A DNA stretch of 63,990 nt, filler included, from Perkinsus olseni (Eukaryota), in NCBI GenBank assembly GCA_013115125.1. It is 3 parts of 3 records of this genome, joined end to end, with 100 filler letters (N's around TTAATTAATTAA, not from the genome) between each part and the next. Parts side by side here need not be neighbours in the genome. Positions count along the whole stretch, not along the records: positions 1 to 21,798 come from JABANN010000552.1; 2 more parts are not named here. One strand, 5' to 3'. Positions within the stretch are counted from its first letter, which is position 1, and each line of letters begins with the position of its first letter. A model generated the notes under the pieces. That model ran no database searches. It was given only the letters and a program-made list of their open reading frames with translations, and had not been told where the DNA came from. This document shows positions 1-12,195 of the stretch, in pieces. A program made the translations under genes and the position numbers.

Positions 1-137
1 TATAAGATAAGAAGATTAACTTTTGATCCCACTCATTTCCCATGTCGAGTTCGTCAACCACTGGACCGCCACAGTATGACTAATGCGGTATTTGGGCGAA
101 TGATTTCCAGTCACTGGTCGAGACTCGTCATCAAATC

Positions 138-3100
138 ATGCACCACAGCTCATACGACCCAACCAAGCCGCTGCGGGGCTTCTGTTCTTGCAGTGCAGTG
201 CCATTCCTATGGCCTTCCTGGCCACGCCTTCTTCGTTCGACAGGGTTGTCCTTGCTTTATTCATTATTACCTATGGTCTCGTCTACCGGCTGCAGAGGAG
301 TGGCCCTAACCATACTCATGGCCGTATTAGGCCGGGGGTATGGAGAGACCGCCACCTGTCATGTTCTGTATCTTCCAGATGGGGATAGCCATCATGACTC
401 GGCTCTCTTCGATAAACATAAGGAAAACTTCTTCCGCTATCTGGTGGGTCGGGGGCAGGACAATCGGGCATCCTTGTGATCGACGAGTATCATCTGTTAT
501 TCTCAGGCTGGCCGGAAAAAGTCCAGCAGGGCTGCTGAGGTGAATGCTACCTGTGGGGAGATTCACTTTGATATGTTACTTCCACCGCATCCTCAAAGAC
601 GATGGTAGATCGACGACGTCCGTAGGGGAGGGTTGAATGAATGCCCTCCCAGGTTCACCAGTCGCCCCAGTCCGCAGTACCCCGACCAACCCGAGTTTAC
701 AGACCCTACCGACCAGCAACTCATCTACTCGCTCGAGTATCTCTTCGGGAAGATCAACCGCCTGGCTGACCGCGTACCTCTGCAATCCATATTCCTGGTG
801 GGTGTTTATAGTGGAGCTGCTATGGCTATTCAGACTGCGTGAGTTCCTTCGGCCCAGATGTTCGGGTATCTCCTCCTCCTCAGACTACTCTATCCCGGTA
901 TAATCGGGGGTGTACTGTCCTTTGCTGGCTGGATACCTCTAAGAAATGGGGCAGTCCATTTGTATGAGCGTGTACACGGCTGGAGCCTACTCATGCGCAC
1001 GCCGATAAGCGGTGTACAGAGCGTGCGGCGAGGAGGGGAGACACTGAAAATTCACGGACCCTTGCATGACCACTCGCAGGTGCACCAGCGTGGACTTAAG
1101 CTTTGCTTGATCGCGACTGGATGTCAGGAACTGGCTAGGGCTGGCTCCTTGGGCGTCATCTACTACGAAGCGCCTACGGAAGAGTTTCCCTGGGGCGCGC
1201 TAACCTCGATGATGATTCGACCAGTGTGCGGAGTGGTCTGGGTTTCTTCCCAGAGATGGAGGCGGAGAAAATTGAAGTCAGAGGAGGAACTGGTAAGCTT
1301 CCTTCGAGCTTCAATCATCGCCAGCCCCTCTCCTATTTGTGGATGCTGGTGCTGCCCCGGAGTGTACTGTGGTATCCCATACCCATTAGTCGTCTGCCCT
1401 TCACGTTAGCAAGCTTCGTCCTGGGGGTGTGCCGTCAACGTTCAGAATATATCGGCTCCCGTTCGCTTTCTCTTCCCCATGGCGCAAACTAATGCATATC
1501 CGCTCCGGTATCACTCTCAACTCGAAGTTGTGGTGGGTCTCTCATGATTCCGATCTATGCGGTAGTACAGTTTTCTACCAGTCAAGGGTGTTGCTGCCGC
1601 GCTCTTCTGCAGTTTTGCAGTGCTCCGTTCCTCGCCGTATCATTGTTTGTGATGAACCGTGGCCGGTTACCACCGCGTCGGTTGTGATGTCGCTGAGGCG
1701 CTACGGTAGGTACGGGAGATTCTGCTGGGCGATCGGCATTCGGAAGCGGGAGAAGGCTTGCGACGGCTTTGTGGCACGAGCATCGAGTTGATATACCGCC
1801 GAATGAGCAGACATGACATGCGAAAATCCAAGTATGTGTAAGCCAATGACGTGGAGCCAGTGCATTGGGCCGTCCGTCGTCACGCAAAGCCAGAATGACG
1901 CTGGCCAGTTGCTGCGCTGCTCAGAACGGCCGCGAGTCTCATCAGCTACAGGCTAGTTGGAGATCTCTTCCGGCTGCGACGAGGGGATATCCCTCCTCTT
2001 CGTCTCGTACTAGGCGGGAATGAGATCGGAGCTGACGCCGTTGATCGGTTTGTGTAGGATGGATTCCTTAATGCGCCCAGCCAGTCGGATCTGCTTTCAG
2101 TTTCCAGAACCCCGAGCTGATTCAGACAGTCTCCGGCACTCTTCTTCTCAACCCAACCGAAGTGGGTCATGCTTCAGCACCTCATCGCAAGACTGCTGTT
2201 CTTACTGGCAGGGCACTCCTCATCCTTATCTGAACAGGACCGGTCCTCGCCGGCTTCCCATCTCACACGCGAAGAAATCTAGTCCTGCTGAGTAAAGGCT
2301 ATTACCAAGGGGGTCACCGGAATGCGCTGGCGTCGCTCAGGTTGAAAAGGAAGCTCCTTCAAGGTTTCTCCGACCTGTTCTCGGCAGTCCCCAGGCGTTG
2401 CGTCATAACCCTGATCGTCAAGGAGGTCTCCGAGCTGCTGGTCATGGGCAACTGGGCTGAGGCGGTGGGTTCGTGCACAGCATCCCCACCGGCGGTCTTC
2501 CCTTTCCGCTCACCGCCGCGGTATTCGGGTTGGACGTTATCGGTTATCCTTCGGTTGCATTTTTCCCGACGGTTCATCACTATCGTGAGGGTGCCCCGTA
2601 CAGGTTCGTGAAAGAGCTGTTGATCGCCGACTCTTGGAAAAATGCAGTGCTGGAATCGATTTCGTCAGTCTGGTGGAGAGCATCTTCGGGTGAGACCGCC
2701 GGGCACTGTCGAAGTGGCCCTCCTCACCCTCGATATTGGGCCTTACTCAGGTCGAACGATGAGGGCCCGCCGGATGACAAAAACCGGCTCGGTGCTCGAG
2801 CGGGCGCCGGCCTTTCGGAGATCATTGCCTTCCTGACGAAAAACGGGGCGAACCGCACCTCGCTCGTGTTCATCACGGAATCCCTTTCTCACTCGTTAGC
2901 GTAACAGCGATCGTTTCCTCGTCTCTGCGTACCCGCGCCCTTTGAGTAGGCCCTCTGTTGGGGTTCTCAGCATACGGTATGCTGTCATAGATAACCCGTT
3001 AGCTCCAACGCCTGCTCAACAGGCGAACAGAACCGAGGTAAGTCCGCGGGTTCTGGGCGGCTTTCGGATATCTATCCCATCTCGTCCATAGACTCCGCGA

Positions 3101-3950
3101 CGGTAGAGGCCGCGGTCTTCGAGAGAATTCCCGATAGGGACCCCCGGGCCGACCAACTGAGCGGCCATTACTACGAATCGTTAGGTGTCGTGACGCGTCT
3201 TCCCTTCAGGGCATATTGCGAGACTGCGTTATTCCTACAGCACTCAACTGGGCCTGGGGTTCTCCCCGCCTAAACACATCGTGTACGGTCGTTGGCCCCG
3301 CTCGGGATGGAGAGTGGGAGATACTTTAGCGAGCAACTTACTCATTCTGCCACATTCGTTTCGTCATACGCATGTCCTGAGTTGTCACTGATGTTGTCCC
3401 CCTACCTGAGAGTTACTTTGCAGTGCCTTACGGGAGACCGCTGAGAAATCTACTGGTCATTGCTTGTCGTCTCATGCGCAGTGGGCGTTTCGGTGCGAAA
3501 CCATTCCTGGCAACCTTGCAGCAACACTATCACGCGTTTGCCTACGATACTAATAGTTGGCGCGGCGGTCTTCGCTCGGCATCAGCGCGTGTGTCGTCTA
3601 CCCTTTCGGCGTGTCAACCCACGCCAGCCCGAACAGTGCCCGTAGTTCCCATGGGGAAGTTGTGTGGCCGATGGTGACACCGAGGCGCCGATATATATCG
3701 GAAGCCTCTAGCTGCCGATGCAGTACATCCTCGGAGGGTGATGAGTACTGTGATCGCAGGTCAATTCATTGAGCAAGTTCAACAGCCATTCGAGTTCTTG
3801 TGCTGTCCGAAGTGTCGAGTCTTACAGCTAACCTGAGCGGCCAGAGGCGAGAAGGTCTCGAAGCTCCTCGCCTTTTGTAGCATAGGGAATTGACCTGCAG
3901 CCACGTGCCAACACCGTTGGTTTTTTGGCTTGAACGTATGCGTAGGACGC
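138..3950 (+). CDS. Multi-exon phospholipase/carboxylesterase (abhydrolase_2, APT1-like) fold repeat protein, paralog 1; probably catalytically inactive; ends approximate
   Basis: Spliced exons read HVLYLPDG...CGEIHFDMLLPPHPQRRW|FTSR...SLEYLFGKINRLADRVPLQSIFLVGVYSGAAMAIQTA|LLYPGIIGGVLSFAGWIPL...TPIS. This aligns with the APT1 pattern WFD...IPSERIVLGGFSQGGALAL..ALTYP..LAGVVALSGWLP...TPIF. GT-AG introns are present. Confidence 0.65.
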
Positions 3951-4135
3951 CAAGGTATGAAGCACTTTTAGTTTGCTACTTGGGAAAACCTGCGAGACGC
4001 TAGTCCAGAACTACGCTAAGGGCCAGTGTAGCCTACCCCGAACTGTTCGCTCGATGAGAGGCGACTTCCAGGCGCGCGAAGGTGTGGGTTCTTCCGTGTG
4101 GAGAATTGAGGAGATCGGCTCGTGGCTCATCACGC

Positions 4136-7100
4136 ATGGCATGTTTGGGGGCTCACGAGGTTTACATTGGGTTGGCTCTCGTCGGTGCCCCGCTGAATAG
4201 GTTAGTCGAAGTGAGTCACTACCGAGTTCATCATCGCTCATGGCCCCTCCCGTCAGCTGCAGAGGAGTGGCCCTAACCATACTCATGGCCGTATTAGGCC
4301 GGGGATTCGGAGAGACCGCCACCTGTCATGTTTTGTATCTTCCAGATGGGGATAGCCATCATGACTCGGCTCTCTTCGATAAACATAAGGAAAACTTTTT
4401 CCGCTATCTGGTGGGTCGGGTACAGGCCGCCCGGGCATCCTTGTGATCGACGAAGTCCTCATGAGCGGGTTGGTATCCTCTGTGCTTCTCAGGCTGGCCG
4501 AAAGAAGTCCAGCAGGGATGCTGAGGTGAATGCTGCTTGTGGGGAGATTCACTTTGATATGTTACTTCTACCGCATCCTCAAAGACGATGGTACATCGAC
4601 GACGTCCGTAGGGGAGGGTTGAATGAATGCCCTCCCAGGTTCACCAGTCGCCCCAGTCCGCAGTACCCCGACCAACCCGAGTTTACAGACCCTACCGACC
4701 AGCAACTCATCTACTCGCTCGAGTATCTCTTCGGGAAGATCAACCGCCTGGCTGACCGCGTACCTCTGCAATCTATATTCTTGGTTGGTATTTATAGTGG
4801 AGCTGCTATGGCTATTCAGACTGCGTGAGTTCCTTCGGCCCAGATGTTCGGGTATCTCCTCCTCCTCAGACTACTCTATCCCGGTATACTCGGAGGTGTG
4901 CTGTCCTTTGCTGGCTGGATACCTCTACTGAATGGGGCAGCCCACTTGATCGTAGCGAATCCTCATCAGTGGGGGATAACGCGGACGCCGATCTGCGAAA
5001 TTAAAAGAGTATGGCGGGGCAGACGTCCGCTGTCTACCGCAGGCTTCTCGCATGATCATATATCAATGGTGAGCTGCTTGCTCGTGGGCTCTCGTTCCCC
5101 GTTTCACGAGTAACGATCGCTCAGGTCCTGGCTCAGTCTGGCTTCCTCGAAGCCTTGTATTGCGGAGAAAGCGATGAAGCTCCCATCTGGGGCAGTTTGG
5201 CGTCGGTGATGTCTCGGCCAGTGTGCGGAGTCCTCTGGGTTGCGCCGTCAACGAGCAGGATTGGAGATAGCAAAAAGCGAAGGGAGGAACGGGTGAGATT
5301 TTACTGCCAACTGCGTAGGCTTGCCAGCATACTAGGATATCTCTATAGTCTTCGAACGTGCTAGTGAACGTACCACTCTTCGCCATATTCTCAGCGCTCC
5401 TTCACGCCACAGCTGTTTATAATCCCCGCTCAGCCGCTTCGAGTTCCATAATCTTCCCCGATTCTGTTGATTCTTATCTGGGGAAGCGCCTGAGTTTGAG
5501 GTGCTCTCGGAGTATAGGAGGATACTGTTCGCAGATGAGGAAGCTTCTGAACGGCCCTGGAGATCCAGAAGCGATGGAAGACTTGCGTCGGGTCTGTGGT
5601 GCGAGAATCAAACTCGTTTACAGCCTAATGAGCCCCGAGGACGCCCAAAAAGTTGCAAGGTGAGCCTGAAAGCCGCTTTAAATGCTGTTAGTGTCAATTG
5701 GGTGGTCAATTAGGAACTGGGCTGCCGTGCTCAGAGGAGAGGCTCTTACCTCTCTCAACTACGAGTTCAATGAGGGTTATCATGCACTGAGTGTTCAACG
5801 CATACCAGGCTGGTATTACCAGCTCACCGCATCGTCGTCGGTGGGGAGAGTGTGGGAGGTCAAGCTGTGAAAATATTTATGTAAGAGTCTTTGGTCTCCA
5901 TCTGAGCGAACGTTTTTTGCCAGCACGGGAAACCCTGCCATCACCCGAGCATCCGCTGGTATTCTCCTACTGAACATGCCAAAGGTGAGGGTTGGTGGAG
6001 AGCTCAATCAGGGTCCCCGATATCTTTCAGGGATATATCGGTATCTTTCCCAGGCCACCCGTCGATCTGATCTCGACGACCCCGGTGTCCCCGCCGTGGC
6101 CGTTGAGCACACGAAGGAATCGAGCACTAGAGAGTGAAAGGCTGGTGCTCTTTTAGCTCAGTTTACTGCATACCCCGCAGGTTGAACTCGAAGCTCCTTC
6201 AAGGCTTCTCCGACCTGTTCTCGGCAGTCCCCAGGCGTTGCGTCATAACCCTGATCGTCGAGGAGGTCTCCGAGCTGCTGGTCATGGGCAACTGGGCTGA
6301 GGCGGTGGGTTCGTGCACAGCATTCCCACCGGCGGTGTTCCTTCTCCGCCCGGCGCGGCGATATTCGGGTTGGACACTGTCGGTTCTCCTTTCGGTTGCA
6401 TTCTTCCCGACGCTTCATCACTATCGTGAGGGTATCCCGTACAGGTCCGCGAGGAAGCGGTGGATCGCCGACTCTTGGAAAAGTGTAATGGCGAAATTGA
6501 ACTCGTCAGTCTAGTAGAGAGCATCTTCGGGTGGGCCATTGAACACGGTTGAAGTGCCCCTTCTTCTAGCCCCCGATGTTGGGCCTTGTTTAGATCGTAC
6601 GATGTGGGTCTACCCGATGGAAACGATCAGCTCGGTGCTCGAGCGGGCGCCCGCCTTTCGGAGATCATTGCCTTCCTGATGAGGAACGGGGCGAACAGCA
6701 CCTCGTTCGTGTTCATCACGCGATCCCTGTCCTACTTGTTAGCGTAATGGCGATCCTTCCCAGCCACTTGGTACCTCTGTCCCTTTGAGTAGGCCCTTTG
6801 TTAGAGACATCGGTATACAGTACTCCGTCATTGATAACCCGTTAGCTCTAACGCTCACTCACCAAGCGAACAGGACCGAGGTATATGTCTTTGTGCTTTA
6901 GAGTCCCTGGGGCTTCGCGTACAGGCTATAGGAAGTGGTTCAGTTTTCAACCTCGCGATATTACTCTTCTGAATGTGAGGTACTCTCCGTCTTGGCTCCC
7001 GATAGGGTCTGAGGCTAAAATTTGGAGTCCTTGTGCCGGGATTACGAAAATGTTGGGAACACAGGGTCGATTACGAGGGAAAAGCGGAGACGGGATTGCC

Positions 7101-8900
7101 GCACGACCGATGTTCTAGGCCTTCGCTCTTCTCCTTCCAGGGCATATTGCGAGACTGCGTTATTCCTACAGCACTCAACTGGGCCTGGGGTTCTCCCCGC
7201 CCAAACACATCGTGTACGGTTGTTGGCCCCGCTCGTGATGGAGAGTGGGAGATACTTTAGCGAGCAACTTACTCATTTTGCCACACTCATGAGCTCTTTC
7301 CATACGCATGTGCTAAGATGTCACTGATGTTGTCCTCGACCTGAGAGTTACTTTACAGTGAGTAACGGGCGAGTGCTGAGATCGCTACTGTTCTGTGTCA
7401 TGCTGGGTCACAAGCATTCTTCTTGTGCAGCACCCCTTCGACCGGGCGGGTGATAGCCAGTATAGGGGTATAGCTGCGGGCTCAGTTGCTGCCTGAGCCC
7501 TGGTAGGAACATAGAGATAGTACGTTACACCGCACAGAGTGCGATCGGTGGGAAGCCCCCCAGAAGCCTCCCACCTGTCACCAGTAGGATGCTTCATATC
7601 CCGATATCCCCAGGCAGATGTCGGCCACATCTTCCTCATGTACTTCTACCATGTGCGAACACTGTGGTTTGATGCCAACAGTCGCGTCATATCGTATGGA
7701 TTTTCCAGGGCATCTTTACCCAGGCAAGTCTCCCTCCACCTCCGCCAGCGGTAGCGCTGGTGTAGATGTATGGAAGATTCCCTACTCCTGCCACAGTAGC
7801 GGCATTCTCGAATCCCACCATCCAATCTGAATAGATGGGCCCTCAGACAGCCGTCACAAGCATTGGGATGTTACTGAGGAGCATCAGGTCTTTTTTTGTG
7901 GTCAACAATTTATCTAGTGCTACTTCGTGTACACACCTGCTTCGACACTGATCCAGCCGGCACGCCGCTTTTGTTGGATACCCTCCTGCAAAGAGTCTGC
8001 CGTGGACCTTATTGCGCGGGTTTTTGAACAGATTTCGTTCCCGCGGCTTCGCTTCTTTCATGACTCTCACGACATTGCTCGCATAGCGTGGGATTTCGTG
8101 TAATCTCAGTGCCTACTCTGAGTGGATGGGTTGAGTCGTAGAATCTTTCGCCTCCAAGGAGCATGGAGTACTCGGGCGAGAATTTGGAAACTTAAACTAA
8201 TTCACGGTGTTGCTAGCTCGAGCATCGACGGGCCACATGCTGCGATCATGGCGATCCCCTGGTCGTCTTCAGTTACCGCGGAATCGCGTAGTCACGTGCG
8301 GTGTATCGCAGAGTGGTGGACAGCTCCACCATGCGGTGGTAACCATCGCACGGTAACCTGCTGGCTGCATCACTGGTGCCTCTTCAATGAGCCAATTCGA
8401 ATGCAATCGATCGAATCGTTTCTGGGTTCGATTCTTAGGGTGAAATGCGACGGCAAAGTCGGCAGTGGCGCGTTTGGGAGTTTGGGAATTGGTTCGCCGA
8501 GCACCCCCTCTGTACTTTCTTCTAGCTAGCAATGGTCGCAGCCGTGGATGTTCTGGCTCTAATGGCAGCGGATGCGAGGTCGAACCAGCCTCGCGCTCCC
8601 TGGATGTGGACGTAGGTTACAAGAGACTGCTGACTCGACCCAGACCGGGTATGGAATCGAGCAGCGCTCGTGTCCTACTAAACCGTGGGGACTTCCAACT
8701 ACTAGTTGACAGCGGACACAGGCTACTACCTGGTTGCTGGCGTTGACGCTGGTGAAGACAGAGCAGAGCCACTCACTGTTCACACTCCCAACCTCCGCAT
8801 CATGGGAATTTCGCTCCGTGGGATGCTGGTCTGGGAAGGATTGGATGGAAATCTATGACGGCTTAGAAGCTTCGAACGGCCTTCTAGAATTGTAAGCTCG
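4136..8900 (+). CDS. Abhydrolase_2-like repeat protein, paralog 2; ends approximate
   Basis: 4256-4945 is near-identical to 288-958, with elbow IFLVGIYSGAAMA. Further shared blocks lie at about 5855-6540 and about 7130-7380. Confidence 0.6.
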
Positions 8901-9113
8901 ACAGGAGTCCACTTCCAGGCGAGCGGAAATCTTCGTCGTGCGCAAGAGAAAATTCCACCATCAAGTTTGGAATCTTATTTACCGCGCCAACTCGCTCAAC
9001 AAGTTATGGATCGCGGCTCATCACCTGATCATGACCAAGGGAGCGCTTTGCTCATAGTGAGCCGGGCTCTTGCGGCGCTCTCACTGTTGCGTCTGCAAGA
9101 CCTTGAGGTGCCC

Positions 9114-12100
9114 ATGGATGGTGACCCCGACGGCTTCTCTTTAGGGTGGTATCCTCATGGGCAGTTTATTATTATCTATGGTCTCCTACACCAGCTGCAG
9201 GGGAGTGGCCCTAACCACACTCATGGCCGTATTGGGCCGGGCATATGGCGAGACCGCCACCTGTCATGTTTTGTATCTTCCAGATGGGAAGTCTTTTGAT
9301 GACTCGGCTCTCTTCGATAAACATAAGGAAGCCTTTTTCGGCTATCTGGTGGGTCGGGTACAGGACAATCGTCTGCCACCCGGGCGGCCTTGAGCCCGAC
9401 AAAGACGCTATGATTTGATTGGAATCCTTTGTTATTCTCAGGCTGGCCGGAAGAAGTCCAGCAGGGCTGCTGAGGTGAATGCTGCATGTGGGGAGATTCA
9501 CTTTGATATGTTACTTCCACCGCATCCTCAGAGACGATGGTAGGTCAACGACGTCCGTAGGGGAGGGTTGAATGAATGCCCTCCCAGGTTCACCAGTCGC
9601 CCCAGTCCGCAGTACCCCGACCAACCCGAGTTTACAGACCCTACCGACCAGCAACTCATCTACTCGCTCGAGTATCTCTTCGAGAAGATCAACCGCCTGG
9701 CTGACCGCGTACCTCTGCAATCTATATTCCTGGTGGGTGTTTATAGTGGAGCTGCTATGGCTATTCAGACTGCGTGAGTTCCTTCGGCACGGATGTTCGG
9801 GTATCTCCTCCTTCTCCTCCTCCTCCTCCTCCTCAGACTACTCTATCCCGGTATACTCGGGGGTGTGCTGTCCTTTGCTGGCTGGATACCTCTACTGAAT
9901 GGGGCAGCCCATTTGACCGCGGAGAATCCTGATGACTGGAGCCGTACGCGAACTCCAATTTGCGAAATCGAGACCGTCTGGCGTGGCACTGACTTACTGT
10001 CCATCACAGGGTTGCCTCAGGATCGCGTGTCGGTGGTGAGTCCGTGAGGGCCTCGGTACAACCTCGAAAGTGATTCTTGCCCAGGTGTTGAGCACGTCCG
10101 GTTTCCTGAAGCCTTCGTTCTGCAGTGCACTGGATGAAGCCGGGATCTGGAATAATTTAATGTCCATGATGACTCAACCGATTTGCGGAGTGCTCTGGGC
10201 TACTCCTTCGAGGATGGCGATTCTGAATTATAAAACGCGGAAGAGGAAACAGGTAACCCCCAGCTCGACTACCTCTAGCGATGTGTTCGATGGCAACAGA
10301 ATCTCGTTGGCCTGGCACGCTTGTTTAAGGCGCGTCTTGACGTATCCCGCGACTGAGCTGTCTTCTCAGCACCACACGCCCTTCCAACATTCGTATGCAT
10401 TGACTTCGCCTCTTTACTTTCCTCGGGGTCTGTGATGTGCTGTCGCTGAATTCGATCCAGAAGAACTATTCGCGCATGAGGACTATGGGGCTGAGCAGCG
10501 GCGGCGGGGGATTCGAAATTTTCTTGAGGAGTCCGGTCTAGGGGTCCATGGGATACTGGTTGGCAGATGGGGGAGCTCTTGAATGGCCATGGGGACTCAG
10601 AAGCGAGCCAAAAGTTACGGCAAGTTTGTGGTTCGAGGGTGCAGCTCGAGCTCCACCTGATGAGCCTCGAGAGCGAAAGAGAGGTGTCGAAGTAAGTCCC
10701 TGGCGTTGCGGGAAGGCTTCGGGTGGTGTATCGTGGAAATATCCTGCGGGTTTGGCGTTTAGATTGTGAGCTCAGGGCGAAACCCGAGATGGCGTCCAGT
10801 ATCCCATTCTATGTTGAACTGGAGGGAGGCTATGATCGACTGAGTTGGGGTCGCATACCAACTCACCGCATCGTCGTGGGTGGGAAGAGTGAGGGGGCTC
10901 AAGCTGTGAAAAGATTTGTGTAAGCGTTTTCGGTTCCGATCTGAGCGGATCTTTGTCTCGCCAGCATGGAGAACCCTGCCATCACCCGAGCATCCGCTGG
11001 TATTCTCCTACTGAACATGCCCAAGGTGAGAGCTGGTGGAAAACTCAATCGGGGATATATCGGCATCCCTCCCAGGCCACTCGTCGATTTGATCTCAATG
11101 ACCCTGGTGTCCCCGTCGTCTCCGTCAACCATGCGAAGAAGTCGAAGACTACAGAGTAGGAGTGCTTTTCTAGCTTAACTTACCGCATACTCTGCAGGTT
11201 GAACAGAAAGCTCCTTCAAGGCTTCTCCGACCTGTTCTCGGCAGTCCCCAGGCGTTGTGTCGTAACCCTGATCGTCCAGGAGGTCTCCGAGCTGCTGGTC
11301 ATGGGCAACTGGGCTGAGGCGGTGGGTTCGTGCACAGCATTCCCCCCGGCGGTATACGTCTGATCGCTCCAGCACTGCCGGTTTCCGTTTCTGTCGCATC
11401 TTCGTCGAAATCCTTCCATCACCGTTGTTGCTGCGGGGAGGGTATCCCGTACAGGTCCGCGAGGGAGCAGGTGACCGCCGACTCTTGGAGAAGTGCAATG
11501 GCGAAATCGAGTTCGTTAGTCTAGTGGAGAGCATCTTCGGGTGACACACTGGAACAAAGTAGCATTCGGTGTAGCTGTCATTGATCTTAGGGGGGTGAGT
11601 CATCGTAGAAGACGCGAAAGTCTCATCGGCGGTCGAGTGACAAGAATAGTCAATCTACTGAGAAGCAGAGGGAGCAGCTCTGTCGTGTTTATCGCGCAAT
11701 CTCTGTACGATTCACTGGGGTAAGGTTCGCCTCACTGCGTCGTTGAGCTCTCGCCCGGAGTCAGGTCCACGATCCGATCTTTCGACATGCAGGCTATGTA
11801 TGTGGCGAACCCACGAGTTCCCTCTCCTGATCAGCTAGGAGAGGAACCCGAGGTAGGACCGCCGTGCGTCGGGAAGTATTTCTCACGACACCTTTCCTTG
11901 GCGAGGGTGGTCGTCATGATTTTACGTCGAGCCCTTACGGATCTTAGTCCTCGGAACAGCTGTGCTAACATTCTCTTACTCAGTCTAGGTGTAGGAACCC
12001 TCCGAGGAAAGTCCGCAATGGATGGTCCACGGGTCCCAAACCTAGTATTTTACGGTGTGGAACTAGAGGTTGCCCGCGGCATTGCGATGATGGGCATGCG
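9114..12100 (+). CDS. Abhydrolase_2-like repeat protein, paralog 3; ends approximate
   Basis: 9194-9915 is near-identical to paralogs 1 and 2, and about 10895-11540 matches paralog 2. The intron at about 9775-9836 carries an expanded (CTC)n tract. Confidence 0.6.
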
Positions 12101-12195
12101 CTTTCCATCGGAATCAGAAAGCACTTTTACTGGCACTACATCTTGTCGTTCCTTCAGGTCATTCTGAGGGATTGCATCATCCCTATTTCTCTATC

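Noticed and set aside
8421-8436. Isolated GGTTCGA B-box-like hits (also about 15958 and about 30943)
   Set aside because: The match is too short. A 7-mer is expected several times by chance in 64 kb, so these were not counted in the tRNA-element family.
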